A stretch of 64,000 bases of DNA from Selaginella moellendorffii (taxonomy: Eukaryota > Plantae > Lycopodiophyta). The translations under genes and the position numbers were made by a program. Location: NCBI RefSeq assembly GCF_000143415.4, contig NW_003314364.1:236396-300395 (forward strand). Reading direction: 5' to 3'. The notes beneath the pieces were generated by a model. The model was not told the DNA's origin, did no database searches, and saw only the letters and a program-made list of their open reading frames with translations. Shown one piece after another: positions 38,601 through 49,418 of the stretch. The number at the start of each line of letters is the position of its first letter. Position 1 is the stretch's first letter.

Positions 38601-38986
38601 CAGACTCCATCTTGGGTCCATCTCGGACTCCATCTCGGGTCCATCTCGAACTCCATCTCAGGTCCATCTCGAACTCCATCTCAGGTCCATCTCGGACTCC
38701 GTCTCGGGTCCATCTCAGACTCCACCTCGGCCTCCAACTCGTGTCCATCTTGGACTCTTCCATGTGTCATGTGTTGGTCCTTTTGGAGCCCTTTTTGGAG
38801 CCTCGCTTATTGCTTGTTTCGTGCTTATTCCTCGAGCACTTTGTTGGGAGTTCCACTCCCGCTCTTGACCTTTCAAGTCGGAGCTTTCATTCCAAACATG
38901 TTACGCTCGTTTGGCTTTCACTTTGGCCACTACCATGTGGCACCCTTTCGGCTCCACTTTGGGGCCTAGGGATTTTGTGTCTCACA
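35674..38986 (-). mobile_element. LTR retrotransposon 5' part: LTR 37400-38986, PBS 37385-37396, degenerate internal region
   Basis: Minus strand TGTGAGAC...CTTACA-ACT-TGGTATCGGAGC. Repeat tract 38380-38755. No intact gag recognised. Confidence 0.85.
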
Positions 38987-39173
38987 TGGTGGATGCATTA
39001 ATTACTCAAGTTTTATTCCACTATCATGATCGTCCAAAGGCTGGTCATTTTGGGGGGAAGAAGACATATGAGTTGATTAAGTGCAACTTTTATTGGAGGA
39101 ATATAAAGGTTGATTGGAGGAATATAAAGGTTGATATCCTCAAGTATTATAAATTATACAAGCTTTGTCAATG
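38987..39173 (+). pseudogene. Gypsy integrase Zn-finger fragment (left half of the Sola target)
   Basis: HYHDRPKAGHFGGKKTYELIKCNFYW...LCQ. Confidence 0.85.
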
Positions 39174-39615
39174 AAGCTCTATTTCGTTAAAGTGGGAATT
39201 GTCATTATCCCACTTGTAAAATAAGGTTTCCAAACCTTTATATAGTATATAAATATAACAAAATTCAACTGCATTGAGGCACATGCCATTTTATTTTAAA
39301 CAAGGAAATGTCTACTCAATCACTTCTCCTCCCCTTGCCACTGCTTCACCTCTCTCTTCTCCTTGTCATCGTCGTCCAATTTCTTTCCATCCTTTTAATA
39401 TTGGCTCAGTTGCTCCGAGTCTAGGTGGAGCCCAAGTCCCCATTCAATCTTTACTTTCCCCTTATTAATAAAACAACTTCGCAGACTTCCAATAACATGC
39501 TGTAACACTTCTAGTATAATGCAAATCCTCTCAAAGAATTGTCTTTTAATATTAATACAATGGCATGGAACCCCATGCCATAATAAGTTACATTTTTAAA
39601 TAAATACATGCCATC

Positions 39616-40500
39616 TCAGACTGTTATTTTTTGCCTCCAACGCCTATACAATAATCTTGGAATTTCATCACTCTCCACACTATCAGGATTTAAACCCAAT
39701 AGTAATGCCATCTCTTCTCTAATACGTCCACGCTCATGTTCAGTGGTCGAAGAACCCATCCGGTTGAGCAGATTATGGAGATGCGGATAGTGCTTGGCTA
39801 GACAATATACATGCCATAAATGATGACTGGTGTTTGTCCGATCAAATGGCTTCTGATATACCATTCCATCTGCCATTTGGTTGATTTTTGCAGCCACCTC
39901 CTGGACTGGCCGGTTCTCTATCACCATCGCTTCAAGCCGTTTTGCAAGGTCCCCCAGAACATACGGTTTCTTCTCCCTAGTTTCCATACTGCAAGAGATG
40001 GGGTGCACTGCATATGTGTGCGTGTTCATTGCAGTTTTAATCGGCGAGTCATCGATGATGAGGATTTCACTTGACCTAGCAGTCCGGTTCATCACTACAG
40101 CCTCTGGCTTGACGAAGATGGGCTTGCTACCCCTCACATGGACCATAGTCAAGCAATCCTCCTGCGTTAGGAGAAAGTCAAATGGTAATATTACTCACGT
40201 CTAATCGTGCATCATCTGTAGCAACGTTAATGCATTGTGGCGCATCATGGATGTCCAAACTCCCAATTGCAAATTGAACCCGGCCCTCTGTTTTAAGTGT
40301 CGCATGGTCATTATTAGATCCCGCAGTTTCTCCCGTGTGATTAATGTGAATCTGTCTTTTTTGACCAACTTGCGACTGCAGGCTTTGGAGGGTGCAGTGA
40401 CATTCGAGGACGAGCCACGCTCATGGGAGAAAAGGACACCGTTCAGATCAAAAACGATACAGTACTTTCGCCGTGACTCTGAAATGAAATGCGTCAGCAT
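39616..40500 (-). CDS. FCP1/NIF-like HAD phosphatase domain (TAG at 40201-40203 in this copy)
   Basis: CIVFDLNGVL, LGVWTSMMRHNA, FLLTQEDC, ILIIDDSPIKT. The copy at 20345-20990 has CAG at the stop position. Confidence 0.75.
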
Positions 40501-41350
40501 AAAAAATGGTACAAGTCAATTTTACCATCTACAATATTAGCGAATGGTGCTCCCGATGGTCGTTCAGAGGTTTTGGTCGAGGAAACGTGAAGGGCGGAAA
40601 TACTCTCCTCTGCAATGTGGGGTCAATCGCATCCGATGGCGTGTGGGCACATGCCATTTCAGCTGTAGACTCTGGTACAACTGGCTCAACAGTGGCATGG
40701 GGTGGTTCCGATGGCATGTGATCACACGCCATTTCAGCTGGTGCCTCCGTTGGCAAAGTGGACATGACCGAACAGGCAGCAGGGGCGGTGTAGGGAGGTT
40801 CCAACGGCGCGTAGTCAGACGATTGGGCACACGTTGAGTCCGTTGGAAATGAGGATACGACCGGCTCGGCGGCTGGGGCGGCCTCATGCGGGTCCAATGG
40901 CGCCTGGTCACCGTCAGTTGGATACGTGGACAAGATTGACTCAGTGGTATGGGCAGCATCAAGTGGAGCGTGGTCAGCTTGCTTGGCGTTGATATGGATA
41001 GTAGCCTCCACTAGCTCTGATGACTCTTGCAGGCAAGTAGAGTCCACTGGCATATGCATGTCCAAATATCTCCCTTCGATTGAGATGGTATCCTCCCTAC
41101 TGGCTACTAAAAACAAACTCATTAGCACATTGAATCGACTATACTGTATTTACCATCAACTGCTATTGGGCGCATTGCTGATTCTGAAGGATTGGACATA
41201 CGTTTCGACCCTTGCTTGGCACTATCCTTCCTCGACACGAAAGGCTAGAGTTTGTATCTTAATTCAACTGAATAATCTCTACTTACCATTTCTTCTGCGA
41301 CCTACATGGACAATGTTAGAAATGGTAAAAGGTTAGGAATGGATGTACTA

Positions 41351-44300
41351 TTATTTACCTGATGGTTTGTCTTGTATGACCTTCCTCCGCTGCTCTTTGG
41401 CCACCTCAGGCTGGCCATCGTCGTCATCATCGTCATCGTCGTTATTGTGATCGTCACCATTGTGAGGACCATCCAAGTCCTCTTCATCCTCCTCTTCTTC
41501 GTCCTCCTCTTCTTTGTCCTCCTCTTCGTCCTTCTGCTCTTCCTGCTCATTATCTTTCTCTGGCTCCTCATCCCCCTCCTGCATTTCTTCCATAGGCTGC
41601 TTAGGCTGGATGGCTTGTTTTTCCAGGACCATCTTGGGAAAATCATCTGGCCGAGTCTCCATCTCAAAATACAAGACATCCATAGCCTATTTCAGTGCTT
41701 GACCTAGGACCGTATCCTCACCCGACTGTCTTAACATGGTTTCTGCACGTTCTTGCACCCTTCGAAGACGACGAGATGAGAAAAACGTGGCCCTGACTTG
41801 AAAAGCATCCCTCATCCATTGTACCTCTCCATTGAGATTGGGGAAGGGGAGTCCACCATAGGAATCTGAGTCAGGAGGTGGTGACTGGCTCCTTTCACTC
41901 AGCCCTTGATCTGCAATGAATGGCATGAGCACACACGCCATAACCGCGAGGCATTACCTATCATCTTTTCGTTGCCCTTCTTCCTTTTCGAATCAAACGC
42001 CTCTGATCCCGACGACTGTCCAACGTGCTTTCGCTTTTTATGACCACTGTCAGTTTGAGCTTGACTGGTGCTTGCCTGTTTTGCCTTTGAAGAAGTGTCT
42101 CCTGCAAGGAATGGCATGAGACCACACGCCATTGCAAATATAATTTGTACCTCCTTTTTTCCTATTGCTTGTCTGTTTGTCCTTCTTCGACGCGCCACCA
42201 GTGCGCTTTTCAGTCCTCGTGTCTGAATATTCACAACGATCTATAATCAAAATGGCGTGAGGCCTCACGTGACCTTACCTTGTGCAGGTTGTGAGCTCGG
42301 CCCAACATGGGTATCTTCAACAGTAGCTGTTAACGCCGTTTCAGCATCTGGGGGTGGCCACGCTCCTGCATACAGAGCTTGTGAGATAACATTTAAACTT
42401 AAAGTGCGTACTCACCAGGTTCGCAGAGAAGATACTGTTTTTCTTTGGCAACTGTAATTATATGCTCCATTGAAGTCACCTCTTCAATGGAGTTTGTCAC
42501 TGCAACACACGGGACACCCTTGAGTAGTGCGGCTCGAAAGAATAGTCTGCCGCAGTTGTACTCGACAACGCATTTGCCCTTGGTGTCACCCGCTATTGCG
42601 TTGAAGACCCAGCTGAGCATTTCCCATGCTGCACCTGGAGCTTTCTTTGGATTCGAAAGCTCCATAGCCGTCTTCAGTTCCTTAGGCACGGGTAAATTGA
42701 CCTCCCTCAGATCAATTCGATCGGCCTTGTCGAACGAAGCTGGGAAGTCACTCCAGTCCCACTCTGCTACAGGACCAATAACAAGGGCGAGTGTGAAGAT
42801 GCGAACATTCGTCGGTATCTTCTTCTTAGCCATTATCCCATGTATCTCCCGCATCTCCTTGCCTTTCAACCGAGCCTTCACCTCGTTCAAGGCCTTCCAG
42901 AACTTGTGATAGGATTCGGAGTCGTAGATCATATAGTGGACTGAAGATTCCACCTCCGCAAGTCCCACCATTAAGTCAATGATGGAGCTGACTTCGTCTG
43001 CATGAGTGATCTCCTCGTTTGTGAAGTCCATCACACAAAAGATGTTCTTGACCTGCTTTGACAAGGCGTTGAGCTTCAAATCATTGGGCTTCCGGCCGTC
43101 CTCCACACCCATTGAGTTTAGCAACTCCCCGTCATGGTACCTCCTCAGCACATCTACCCATTTGTCAAAAACAACTTTTGTCGTGAGTAGAATGTTATGG
43201 ATGCTGAGTGTGTCATTGAACCCTAGTGTTTTCGAGAGAAGACTCGAGAATTCCTGCAATGGAAATGGCGTGAGGCCACATGCTATGCCACATGCAACGA
43301 GGCTTACCTGCCAGGCGCTAGTTGCTAGTGCACGTCCTTGTCCTGGTTTTTGTGGCTTCTTCAGTTGAACCCAGAGCTTCCGTGTTCGTGCCAATGTCTC
43401 GTGCAGACCCGATTTGTAGCACGTTTCTTGCTTGACATTCTGCGCGTGGGAGATGGATATGATAGATCGGAGGGGCGAGTTGCCTTTTATCAGGCGGACA
43501 ACTCTTGTCTTGAAGACTTTCTTCACCTCCTCGCCCACCATAATATCCAGAACTATCTCTTGCATCGCTAAGCTAGAATGCTGCCCGGAGACGGCATAGA
43601 ACCGGATGTTCTGATCGTCCAACACCTTCCTATTGATCAAGTTTGGAAACCTCATCTCGCCCTTCATTGTTTGGTAGTAGGGGATCACGTATGCGATGTT
43701 GGGTGTTACTGGACTTGCCAGCATCTTCTGCTTCAGTTTCTCCACCCACTCATCAGATACTAGCCTGTGGTTGTATTTGCTTTGGATGTCAATACGGCTC
43801 ACGTCGATTGTATATACTTTGTTGGAATAGTAACAAGTACTATTATCTGCGACGATTTTTGCTGCCTCTTCTTGCTCTTTCTGCTCTTTGCGGCTCTTCT
43901 TTTTGGTGGGTGTAGTGTTCGAACCCGAGGCAATGGCATCACCGAGTAGCTTCTTTTTTGGAGCAGCAGAGTCGGATGTCGGCTTGAGCTTGACCACCCT
44001 TTTCTGCTTCGGGGTAGTTTCCAGATCGACCCCCTTCCCCTTCGCTTCGCGAACTGGAGGCACTCTCAACGGCTCAATGTTGGAATATAGTTTTTGAACA
44101 TCGCCGTAGGTGAGGTTCGTGGATTCCATGTGATCTTCATAGACCCGCAGCGTCTTTGAAATTGTGGGCCTCCTGGACAACCTCTCCCTAGCTCCCTCTA
44201 GGAATTCCTCATAGCCGTTGCCCCCCTCCGGGAAGCCGCTAGGATGTGCAAGGTGGATCTTGAAGGCGGACGCTGTCTCTACCACAAGTGCCAGTCCATA

Positions 44301-44749
44301 TTCTTGCATGGAACTGCATGGAGTGTCTGTCACTTGGATGAGGATCCCCATGCATTCTTTTCTCCCACCATCTGTGTTGTACAGCATCAGATCCTCGCCT
44401 TCCATCCCGAAAGTCCAACTGGTGAGCTCCTCCCCCTTCTCTGCATCCACATTGACAGTGGCTGGAAGAAGAACGCAATTCCTCGCCTGTTCAGAAATGC
44501 ACAACAATTAGAGCTGACAGATGAAAAGCTAGCAGCTGGAAATAACGTGAGGCCACATGCCATTCACCACTGCATCAGATGTCTTGAGGCTGCATCCTAA
44601 GATGGCGTGAGGCTACACGCCATCTGTAACCGGACTGCACTCGAGAGCCCAATCGGTGCATGCCAATGTTGCTACTGAATGGCATGTGGCCTCATGCCAT
44701 TTTCTACTTGGCCTAAAAGACTTACCATTTGAAGCCGAATGGAGGCCAT
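41351..44749 (-). CDS. Spliced cargo gene: ParB/Srx-like domain + degenerate methyltransferase-like domain + basic and acidic tracts; may continue into the FCP1-like exon
   Basis: 702-aa ORF 42399-44507: YTIDVSRIDIQSKYNHRLVSDEWVEKLKQKM...FYAVSGQHSSLA and C-terminal KGKCVVEYNCGRLFFRAALLKGVPCVAV. Probable start MASIRLQM at 44749; TAG at 41687; D/E-rich tract 41420-41590. Confidence 0.65.
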
Positions 44750-45934
44750 GACAATCGAGGCCGGACTCGCTGGCGAATGTGCACTGTGTGTGCAGCGGAT
44801 CGTAGCAGCAAGGCTACTCTGCCACTTACAGTTGGAGAGTGGCGCTGAAATCTCCCAGGACGCCAAGTGGGCTGCGTGTGGGTGGCGGAGTGGGCGGCGG
44901 AGTTGGCGGCGAAGTTACAAACTGGGTGTGTCTTGAAGTGGACGCCGATGCACACGAGCGCGATGCGAGCGCGAGTGTGATGCAAGCGCGAGTGGACGCC
45001 GATGCACACGAGAAACCTGTAGAGAAGTGAGCGTGATCGCGAGTGGGAGCGCGATGCGAGCGCGAGCGCGAGTGTGCGAGCGCGAGTACAAAGCAAAATG
45101 CAAAACCTAACCTCACACGCGCGAAATGTCACAACGGTTGGTAATCCCGCCACGTCATCATTCCTCGGACTTGGGCGCCACCATTAATTTCTGGATTGCC
45201 GCGCGCATGCAAGCACGCAAAATCCAAAAGAAATCCGCAACGTCATCATTCCTCGGACTGCATGCACGCGAAATCCAAAAGAAAGATCATGATTGGGATA
45301 TCATTTAATACCCTCGCTATATTTATACCATGCATGATTGGATATTCCAAAGTATCTTGTATTTCCAAAAATGGCAGATGTTCAGCTAAATAAAGAAATT
45401 CTATCTGTTTCTATTTTTCTCTCAAATCAATATTATAGCGTGTGGGCTCATGCAATTTTGAACCAAAGAAACCCAAAAAACGTTGGACCCAAAATATTTT
45501 GAAAAAACCCAAAAAACCCTAAACATTTTAAACCCAAAAATCCAGGCGTCCTGTGGCGTTATTCCTTGAATGGCGTGTGGGCGCATGCCATTTTCAGGGC
45601 CAAATGCTGAATGGAGAAAAATTCCCTTTCAGTGCAAATGCTGCAAGAGGCAGATGCCGAGCACAAAGGACTGTAACTACCTCACATGACATAGATAAAC
45701 TTTTCTCTATTTGGGAAAGATAAACTTTATAGCGTGTGGGCTCATGCAATTTTGAACCCAAAAAATGCACCAAAAAATTCTCGGCGTCATCTGGCGTTAT
45801 CTCTTGAATGGCGTGGGGCCGCATGCCATTTTCAGGGGCACATAGGAGTATATTCCTAGGATATTCTAACACGCGCGAGATTTTTTTGAGTTTTCTGGAG
45901 ATCCAACCGTTAGATCGCAACTAGATTTTACAGA

Positions 45935-48880
45935 ATGGTATACAATGTCTTTCTTGATGACCCTGCAAAGAAGCATCTCGATCAGACACCACATGAGACC
46001 ACACAAGCCTTACAATGTTTCAGGGGCATTTGCCATAGATCCGACCGTTATTTTGCTCCAAGATTTTACAGTTTGGTGTGCATTGACCTTTCCATCGACA
46101 CTGCAAAGGGACATCACAATCAGAAAGTGTTTCTAAACAACCCCGAGGGGGAGGTGGTAGCTGAGGGCTTAGCCACAGTTGTCGATCCAAGAGATGCGGT
46201 TGCTAATCAAGAATTGGGCTGGGATGATATTGGAGTTGCGATTTTAAAGGTTGTTGACACAGAAGAAAACAGTCTAACTATTGGAAGCATTGTGCAGTGG
46301 AAATTGAGGCACTTAGTGTTTGAGAATGTGAAGGATTCACAATTAAACACCACTACAACTGATGACAGAACATCTCTTCATGGGAAAAGAAAGTACACCT
46401 TCCTAAAGCGCAGCGAAAGGGATCTGAGCAACGAACCGAAAAGGCAGAAAATGGGGATAGAGGTTCGAATGGTCTCGACAGTTGCTTGTTGCAAGAGGAG
46501 GTGCTGTCAATATGCTGATTGGGATGCTATTGAAGAGGAGAGAGCAAGATATAAGACATTGTCCTGGAAGGCAGCTCGCAATTTTGTGTATGAGGCATTA
46601 CGGTCATCTGTTGATGCTTCAGAACATCAGGTGGGGGGCATGGTTTTCCAAAGGGGTTTGGTCTGCATGAAGGCATGGAGAATCATTTATGGAGTCCCTC
46701 GAACCACATTCTACAGAATCAAAACTGAGTTCGAGGAACAAAGGGTTCAACAGGCAGTCCATGGGAACGACGGTACGCACAAAACCAGGGGTCATGTTTT
46801 ATATGGAGAGGCAATCTTCAAGAGGTGTGTCGAGACATGTAGCGAGCAGCAACCACATAAAACCCGCCTCTTGGAAGATGGAACACGAAACACCCAACGA
46901 GTTCTCCCTTCCATGTATACCAAGGGGGCCATATTAGAAGATGTGAATCGGGAACTCCAGAGTAATGGCTACAGGAAGCTGAGCCAATCTAGATTTAGTA
47001 GATTGTGGAGCAACAGGTTCAGGGATGTGAGTATAGGAAAGTACTCCAGCTTTTCAAAGTGTGACGAGTGCACTGCTATCAAAATGGCTTTGTCGAAGAA
47101 TTCTTGCAGCGCTCAAGAGCGAGAGACGTTGGTTAGAAGGCGGCTCGACCACAACATCGAGCAGAGAAGCTGCAGGACTGCATATTATCATAATAGGATT
47201 CTCTCCATGGAGAGACCTGACTCTTACCTCTGCATCATCCACGACAAAATGGACCAGAAAAAGACATGCTTACCTCGACTCAATCCTGCCCCCAAGGCAA
47301 TCTCTTCATCCATGCAGCTGCCTGTGTCTCTGTTTGGCATAATCGCTCATGGGCATGGTGCCCAGAACTATGGGAACTTCTTTGTACCTCTATGGGGTGG
47401 CGGGGGTGCAAACATGATGATTGCGTCCCTAGCAAAACACTTAAGGTCTCTGCAAAGTGCGCAGACTGAGCTGAACGGCCAACCCTTGCATAAGGCCCTT
47501 GTCGATCGAACCCCATACAGGGTTCAGCTGGAGGAGGAGCAAAGGCTTGCAGTATCGCGTGGGGCCCCATGCCATCCCAGTGAATATGTTGGCCGTCAGA
47601 TTGTAGGGTTATCACGTGAGGCATCATGCCATTCCGACGAGGCTGGTCGCCCGGTGAATGCACAGCCTCATCCAAACGAAGCAGAATCTCAAGGAAGTTC
47701 TTGCGGCCGATGTGGCCTTCCACCCCATCTTCTGCTCCAAACAGACAATGCTGGCAGTGAGAACAAAAACATGTACGTCTTCGCGTACTTGGCGATGCTT
47801 GTTGCCAAAGGCATATTTGAAACGGTTACACTTGGCTTTCTCATGGTTGGGCACACTCATGAAGACGTCGATGCCATGTTCAGTCACCTGGCAGAGTCCC
47901 TCCGGCGATCCAATGTCCTCACCCTCCCACAACTCTACGATGAATTCCAAAATTGCATCAAAGGCACTGTTGAAGCTACACTTCTGACAGAGGTTCCAGA
48001 CTTTAAGGGGTTTGTAAGAGGCTACATCAGGGACGGATCCGAAACGCTGATTGGCCACTCCAAGCCTCTTCAGTTTCATTTCAGCATGTGTGACGGTGCT
48101 CCAGTGATGAGGTACAAGATGAGAGAATGGGACACAGCGTGGCTGCCAGTGGACGGCATTGAACTCTTCAAGAGAGATCCCATAACTAGGGAACCTATGA
48201 TTCCTCAGGGTTCCCCACGGCCGATGCACCCGAATGGACTCAAAGACCAGGAAAGTATAGTGGCCGGGATTAGACAGCATATTGCCTTCTGGAAGAGGGG
48301 GTTGGTGTTTGGTGGAGAATCCTATTTTCAGAGGTGCAAGCCTTTGCTCGAATACTGGGAGAAGATTATATCTGCTATCCAAAATGGGCCGGTTGTATAT
48401 GAAGAATTGGAAGAGTCCTTTTGGCCAGAACCCAGAGCACCAGATAGTAGCGGAACAATGTCCTCTGGAAATGCAGTGACAGATAACGATGTTGAGGATC
48501 ACTATTGTGGGCCGAGGAACAAGAAGCCGGATTCAGCATTCAATCCAGTACAGGTCTGCAAAGGAATGGTCGTGCTTGTCAGACCCAGTAATAAAAAACA
48601 AATGATATGGGTGGGGCACTACATCACTGATGTAGAGGAGGACGCGGAAACTAACTCCTTCAATGTAATTGTGGAGTGGTTCAAGCCAAGTTCCGGATAT
48701 ACGAAGGATTGCCTAGAAAAGAGATGGGTGTTGAATCCAAGGGATCCCAGCATGAGCATATCGGTGGATAATGTTGTGCATGGTTGGATGCGGAAGCAGA
48801 GTGCCACCATCACCTTGCCAGACCATGCAAGAGATGCAGCAAGAGCATTCATAACCCGGGTTCAAGGTGAGATTCATTAA
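45935..48880 (+). CDS. Sola-like DDD transposase, 981 aa, uninterrupted
   Basis: FSKCDEC, IIHDKMDQKKT, LLLQTDNAGSENKN, FLMVGHTHEDVDAMFS. A short terminal exon near 48919-48953 is possible. Confidence 0.85.
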   Translation: MVYNVFLDDPAKKHLDQTPHETTQALQCFRGICHRSDRYFAPRFYSLVCIDLSIDTAKGHHNQKVFLNNPEGEVVAEGLATVVDPRDAVANQELGWDDIGVAILKVVDTEENSLTIGSIVQWKLRHLVFENVKDSQLNTTTTDDRTSLHGKRKYTFLKRSERDLSNEPKRQKMGIEVRMVSTVACCKRRCCQYADWDAIEEERARYKTLSWKAARNFVYEALRSSVDASEHQVGGMVFQRGLVCMKAWRIIYGVPRTTFYRIKTEFEEQRVQQAVHGNDGTHKTRGHVLYGEAIFKRCVETCSEQQPHKTRLLEDGTRNTQRVLPSMYTKGAILEDVNRELQSNGYRKLSQSRFSRLWSNRFRDVSIGKYSSFSKCDECTAIKMALSKNSCSAQERETLVRRRLDHNIEQRSCRTAYYHNRILSMERPDSYLCIIHDKMDQKKTCLPRLNPAPKAISSSMQLPVSLFGIIAHGHGAQNYGNFFVPLWGGGGANMMIASLAKHLRSLQSAQTELNGQPLHKALVDRTPYRVQLEEEQRLAVSRGAPCHPSEYVGRQIVGLSREASCHSDEAGRPVNAQPHPNEAESQGSSCGRCGLPPHLLLQTDNAGSENKNMYVFAYLAMLVAKGIFETVTLGFLMVGHTHEDVDAMFSHLAESLRRSNVLTLPQLYDEFQNCIKGTVEATLLTEVPDFKGFVRGYIRDGSETLIGHSKPLQFHFSMCDGAPVMRYKMREWDTAWLPVDGIELFKRDPITREPMIPQGSPRPMHPNGLKDQESIVAGIRQHIAFWKRGLVFGGESYFQRCKPLLEYWEKIISAIQNGPVVYEELEESFWPEPRAPDSSGTMSSGNAVTDNDVEDHYCGPRNKKPDSAFNPVQVCKGMVVLVRPSNKKQMIWVGHYITDVEEDAETNSFNVIVEWFKPSSGYTKDCLEKRWVLNPRDPSMSISVDNVVHGWMRKQSATITLPDHARDAARAFITRVQGEIH

Positions 48881-49160
48881 TATTCCTTTACTAAGTTTCT
48901 AATGTATTTTATTTCAAGGTGAACAATCCGAATCTGAATCAGAGGAGGCGTGATGGCATGTGGCCTGAGATGATGTGACATATGCATTTACCAATCACAC
49001 GTGCATAAATCTAATAATATGGCGTGTGGCCCATATTAATGGCACATAAACCCATATTGTGGGCTTACGTGCTTTATGTACCATCATTCCCTTGCAGCGA
49101 GTGTGTTGGTTTCCTTTTATAACACAACGAACTCCATATTTTAGGGTGAAGAGCATTCTC

Positions 49161-49418
49161 ATGGCAAGCACAAAATCTGTAAGTGAGGCAGAAAAGGAGA
49201 CGGAGAAGGAGATAGGTGAAGATGTAGAATATATAAGTCTTCCAAACTCCCCGTACTATACTCCAGGTGATCATTTTTCTGAACAAACGGCAACATTAAC
49301 AACTATCGAGAACGCCCCAGTAACGTCAGAGACAACAATCCAAAGCAAAACAACTGACCCGGAGAAGGATGATAGTACCGCTGAGAGTACCAAAAAGGAG
49401 GTGTCCATTAGCGCTTAG
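49161..49418 (+). CDS. Small (85 aa) unknown ORF inside the Sola-like element
   Basis: Open ATG-stop frame with a homologue at 22482-22742. Confidence 0.55.
   Translation: MASTKSVSEAEKETEKEIGEDVEYISLPNSPYYTPGDHFSEQTATLTTIENAPVTSETTIQSKTTDPEKDDSTAESTKKEVSISA

Noticed and set aside
47624-48502. 292-aa minus-strand ORF
   Set aside because: Antisense shadow of the transposase with no recognisable motifs.
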